Positions 60,859 to 64,000 of a DNA stretch of 64,000 bases are shown in pieces. This DNA is from Yuukianura sp. NJ FZ-2021 (lineage: Eukaryota): positions 11,284,001 through 11,348,000 of the forward strand of contig CM102286.1 in NCBI GenBank assembly GCA_046563655.1. Direction: 5' to 3'. The notes under the pieces are model-generated. The model worked only from the letters and a program-made list of their open reading frames with translations. It did no database searches and had not been told where the DNA came from. A program made the position numbers and the translations under genes. Every line of letters starts with the position of its first letter. The stretch's first letter is position 1.

Positions 60859-63070
60859 AGTTAAAATCCACTCGGACAAGTTGTGTATAGTACGTACATA
60901 AGGTGAAATAATTAAGTTTTCATTTAGCTCTACAAACTTACCTATGTGCATATTTTCAAAAATGTAGTGAACATATTCAATAAATTGTAGCATTGTTTTC
61001 TAGTGTGATTTCATTAGAATAATTAAAATTATGTTTAACGTTGATGGGAGTCTTCAAGCGGCGGGAAAGTAAAGTCGTAATGGTAACCCAAATTCGCAAT
61101 TTAGAACAAAGGATCTAAAGCTATAACAGAAATTTTTGGAATGGTTATAAATAGTTTCTTTAAAATTATAAAATCAGAATTATTCAGATTAAAATTTTCA
61201 AACGTTCTTTTTGACATTTAGATTTTCACGTTTTAGATTTGAATCTGAAAACAGATTTTTCAAGTGATATTAAATATTTAGTGTTCGTGTTTTGAACGCG
61301 GGTGCCATAACATTAATTTCTGACCAATTTCTCTTCTAGGCCGCAGTTGAGGTCATATCTCATGGACATCAAGGAACAGTAACAGTGATGTTTTTGTATT
61401 AACGCTGTTGAAAGAGATAAGCAAAATTAAACTTGACACATTTCTTTGGCACTACAGGACCTACCGCAGTGGCTTTGCTAAATCCGTAGTATAAGTTGTA
61501 AATCCAGGAAACTGTTTACTGTATTTTATCATTTTGCAAAAACAAATCTTTTAATATGGAGGGGGAATTGTGTCTTAATCTTAATCGTTGAACGGGGAAA
61601 CCCTTGACATCAAGCTTATACACAAGAAAACCTACACTTGAAAATTTTAAGACAAGAAAACTTGCCCAAAAAGTGAATAAAAAAATACCTACTACAGATT
61701 AAAACAGTTCCCTTAACGAGCGTCATGGTAGCCGGCCAGCGTAGCCACTTTGCGGCTATAAAGCGGTGGCTCAATCCAAGTTTTCAGGGGTACGTTTTAT
61801 ATAAAGTTAAATTGCAAGTGCAAGTTTTTGCACTTTGCCTCAAGCAAAACTTGGAAAACTGACACAAGAAAAAAAGTTTGTAATAGTGATACATTGAATG
61901 GTTGCAAAATGTGGTACTGCATAGGTATTTATTAATATATATTATTTAACCTCCGGAATCTGCTAAATTTAAGGCAGATGATTGCATAATTTTGTACTAA
62001 TTCTGTTTGTTAAATGATTATTTTTTAATTAAACATCAAAATGCATCGTATTGATTTCATGATTTGATGCGGGTTACCTTAAATTCAATGCAGTGGAAGT
62101 TGAAGTCCAGCGTTGATTTACAAAAGAAGAAGATGTTTTTTAAAGCAACAAATTACATTAGTATTCTTGTGTTTGTTTTATGTCCGTTTTCTTGTGTGTA
62201 AGCTCGATTTCAACGGTGTGCACTATTCAAGTGTTATGACACCATCCCCCCTCCATATTGTAGCGCATCTCTTAACTTACAATTAGACAATAATAACATC
62301 AATCTGTCGTCATTCCCAGACAAATTTAGCTGGCGGCAATTTGACCCCGAAAGAAAGAATAGGTCAGCTTGAAGTTTGAGATAAATGAAATGCAATTTAC
62401 TAACTTAAACGACCTATTTGTTTATCGTCGTGGTTTCCAGTTTTTTTTACTTTCCCATGAAACCGCGGTGTGCGAAATGTAATTCTGCAGCTATCTCAAC
62501 TACGATTTGTTCTACATAAATTGCTACTGAAATTGATTTCACTAACTGGCTTAATTATGTGTATAAGTGTAATTTACAATAATTTAATTAACCAAATTAA
62601 TTTTTCTAAGAAAAAAATGATCAATTGAAAGCTTTTGCATTACGTGAGCCAACAAGGAAATAAATCTCTACCACATTTTCCCGTTTTCAATGTGGTGTAA
62701 CTAACATAAGCTATGCTAAGCTACATACGTCAGCTATGCATTTTTTAAAAGTTGAAAGACTTTTTAACCCAGAATGACGTTGGGCCCTGTTTTACTGTGC
62801 AGTTAAATATGTGTTGATACTATTGCGTTGAACTTGTTGGGGAGAACTTTCACAATATGGGGTGGCTCAGTGGCTGTAGTGGCTACGGTCTAAATTTTAT
62901 TGCGGCTATTGCATCTTACTCTGATTGCTTAAAACCCGAGCCGCATTTCATTTAGACGTTAATCCGAAAGTTAGAGTTGATAAGCACGGTTGCAGTTAGA
63001 GATTAAAAATTGCAATAAACTGTGTTTTTAATTGGTTGCACAAAATCTTGGCAACCAAGATCAGCTAAAA

Positions 63071-64000
63071 ATGGGCCCGAATGCAACAATCTTAAATGAT
63101 ACTTGTGGTCCACAACTTCCCGGCACTTCGTGGAATTTTGTCATTGTAGCCGTTGTACTTCTAATTCTTACGTGTAACCTAACCTACGTGTAAGTTTTCA
63201 TCATTTTCCAAAATTTTGAAACTTCAAATATGCTCATAGTTGTTTTGCTCAATTTTATTTTAATTGCACAATGTAAATTAAGTTTTATTTCGCTCTAACT
63301 TACCATTTGTTGTTTTCTTTTTATGTTGTTTTCAGGTTCTTGACACAAAATCACAATTACTGGAAATCTCGAGGAGTTCCTGGGCCCACTCCGCTTCCAT
63401 TTTTTGGAACCTACTTGCACCAGTTCTTTGTTCCATTTCAAGTCAGCGAGGAGGAACGCTTCAAGAAATACGGAAAAATTTACGGGTAAGATTCCAAATT
63501 CAAATTGAAAATAGTCGAAGTTCAATTTAAAGCACCTTGTTGAAACAATTTTCTGGAAAAAGGAAATTTGCACGAACTTAAAAATTGAAATAGCTGAGTC
63601 ATGCAACCCTAATGTTTTAAAACTTTTATTTTTAGAATTTATGACGGAACTACTCCTGGGCTCATTGTCGGTGAACCTAAATTCATCCGCGAAATTATGG
63701 TTGGTACAACTGCGCTCGACATTTTCACGAACCGTCGCGCCGTCAAAACAACACATCCCATAATGTCAAAATTTCTTTCATCTTTGGAAGACGACGCCTG
63801 GAAACGCGTGCGATCCATCACAACTCCTACTTTTAGTTCCGGAAAATTGCGATCCATTATTCCAATTATGACGTCATCGGCCACGCCCATGCTTGAGACC
63901 CTCTCTGCCGCTGCACAGTCGCAGTCCCCGGTAGATTTGAAATTACTTTTTGGAACTTACACTATGGACATTATTGCCCGAAGCGCTTTTGCCACCGTAC
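63071..64000 (+). CDS. Cytochrome P450, clan 3 (CYP6/9/3A-like), 5' part, truncated by the window end
   Basis: Exons 63071-63189, 63336-63485, 63636->64000. YWKSRGVPGPTPLPFFG, KKYGKIYGIYDGTTP, FTNRR, WKRVRSITTPTFSSGKLR, YTMDIIARSAF. Confidence 0.9.

Noticed and set aside
61715..62900. Inverted CGTAGCCACT / AGTGGCTACG motifs about 1.1 kb apart
   Set aside because: Might be subterminal repeats of a decayed DNA transposon, but no TIR or TSD could be defined.

Overview
Eukaryotic, AT-rich, intron-containing arthropod DNA. The short introns, divergent chemoreceptor-like genes and P450s suggest a springtail-like hexapod, but this is inference only. Spliced gene models built by hand with phase-checked junctions: three gustatory-receptor-like multi-TM genes (8.3-9.7 kb, 52.1-53.4 kb, 55.0-56.3 kb), a ~19 kb beaten-path (Beat) Ig gene on the minus strand, a small PPPY-bearing scramblase/Tubby-like orphan, ATP-dependent 6-phosphofructokinase (Pfk), a small four-TM protein, a complete clan-2 P450 and the 5' part of a clan-3 P450. 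Mobile DNA: a recent 3.3 kb gag-only Ty3/Gypsy LTR element with eroded pol remnants, an intact 8.1 kb BEL/Pao element in a beat intron whose LTRs carry a hierarchical minisatellite, a piggyBac-type MITE in Pfk, and several foldback/MITE-like inverted repeats. The most notable signals are the Pfk splicing module (two 109-nt mutually exclusive exons with GC donors, shared intronic motifs, two 24-nt linker microexons of which one encodes an RxRxxS motif, and an intronic stem-loop) and the gag-only retroelement with an internal repeat array. I could not assign a gene to 1-8 kb or 13.6-20 kb. No database searches were run.
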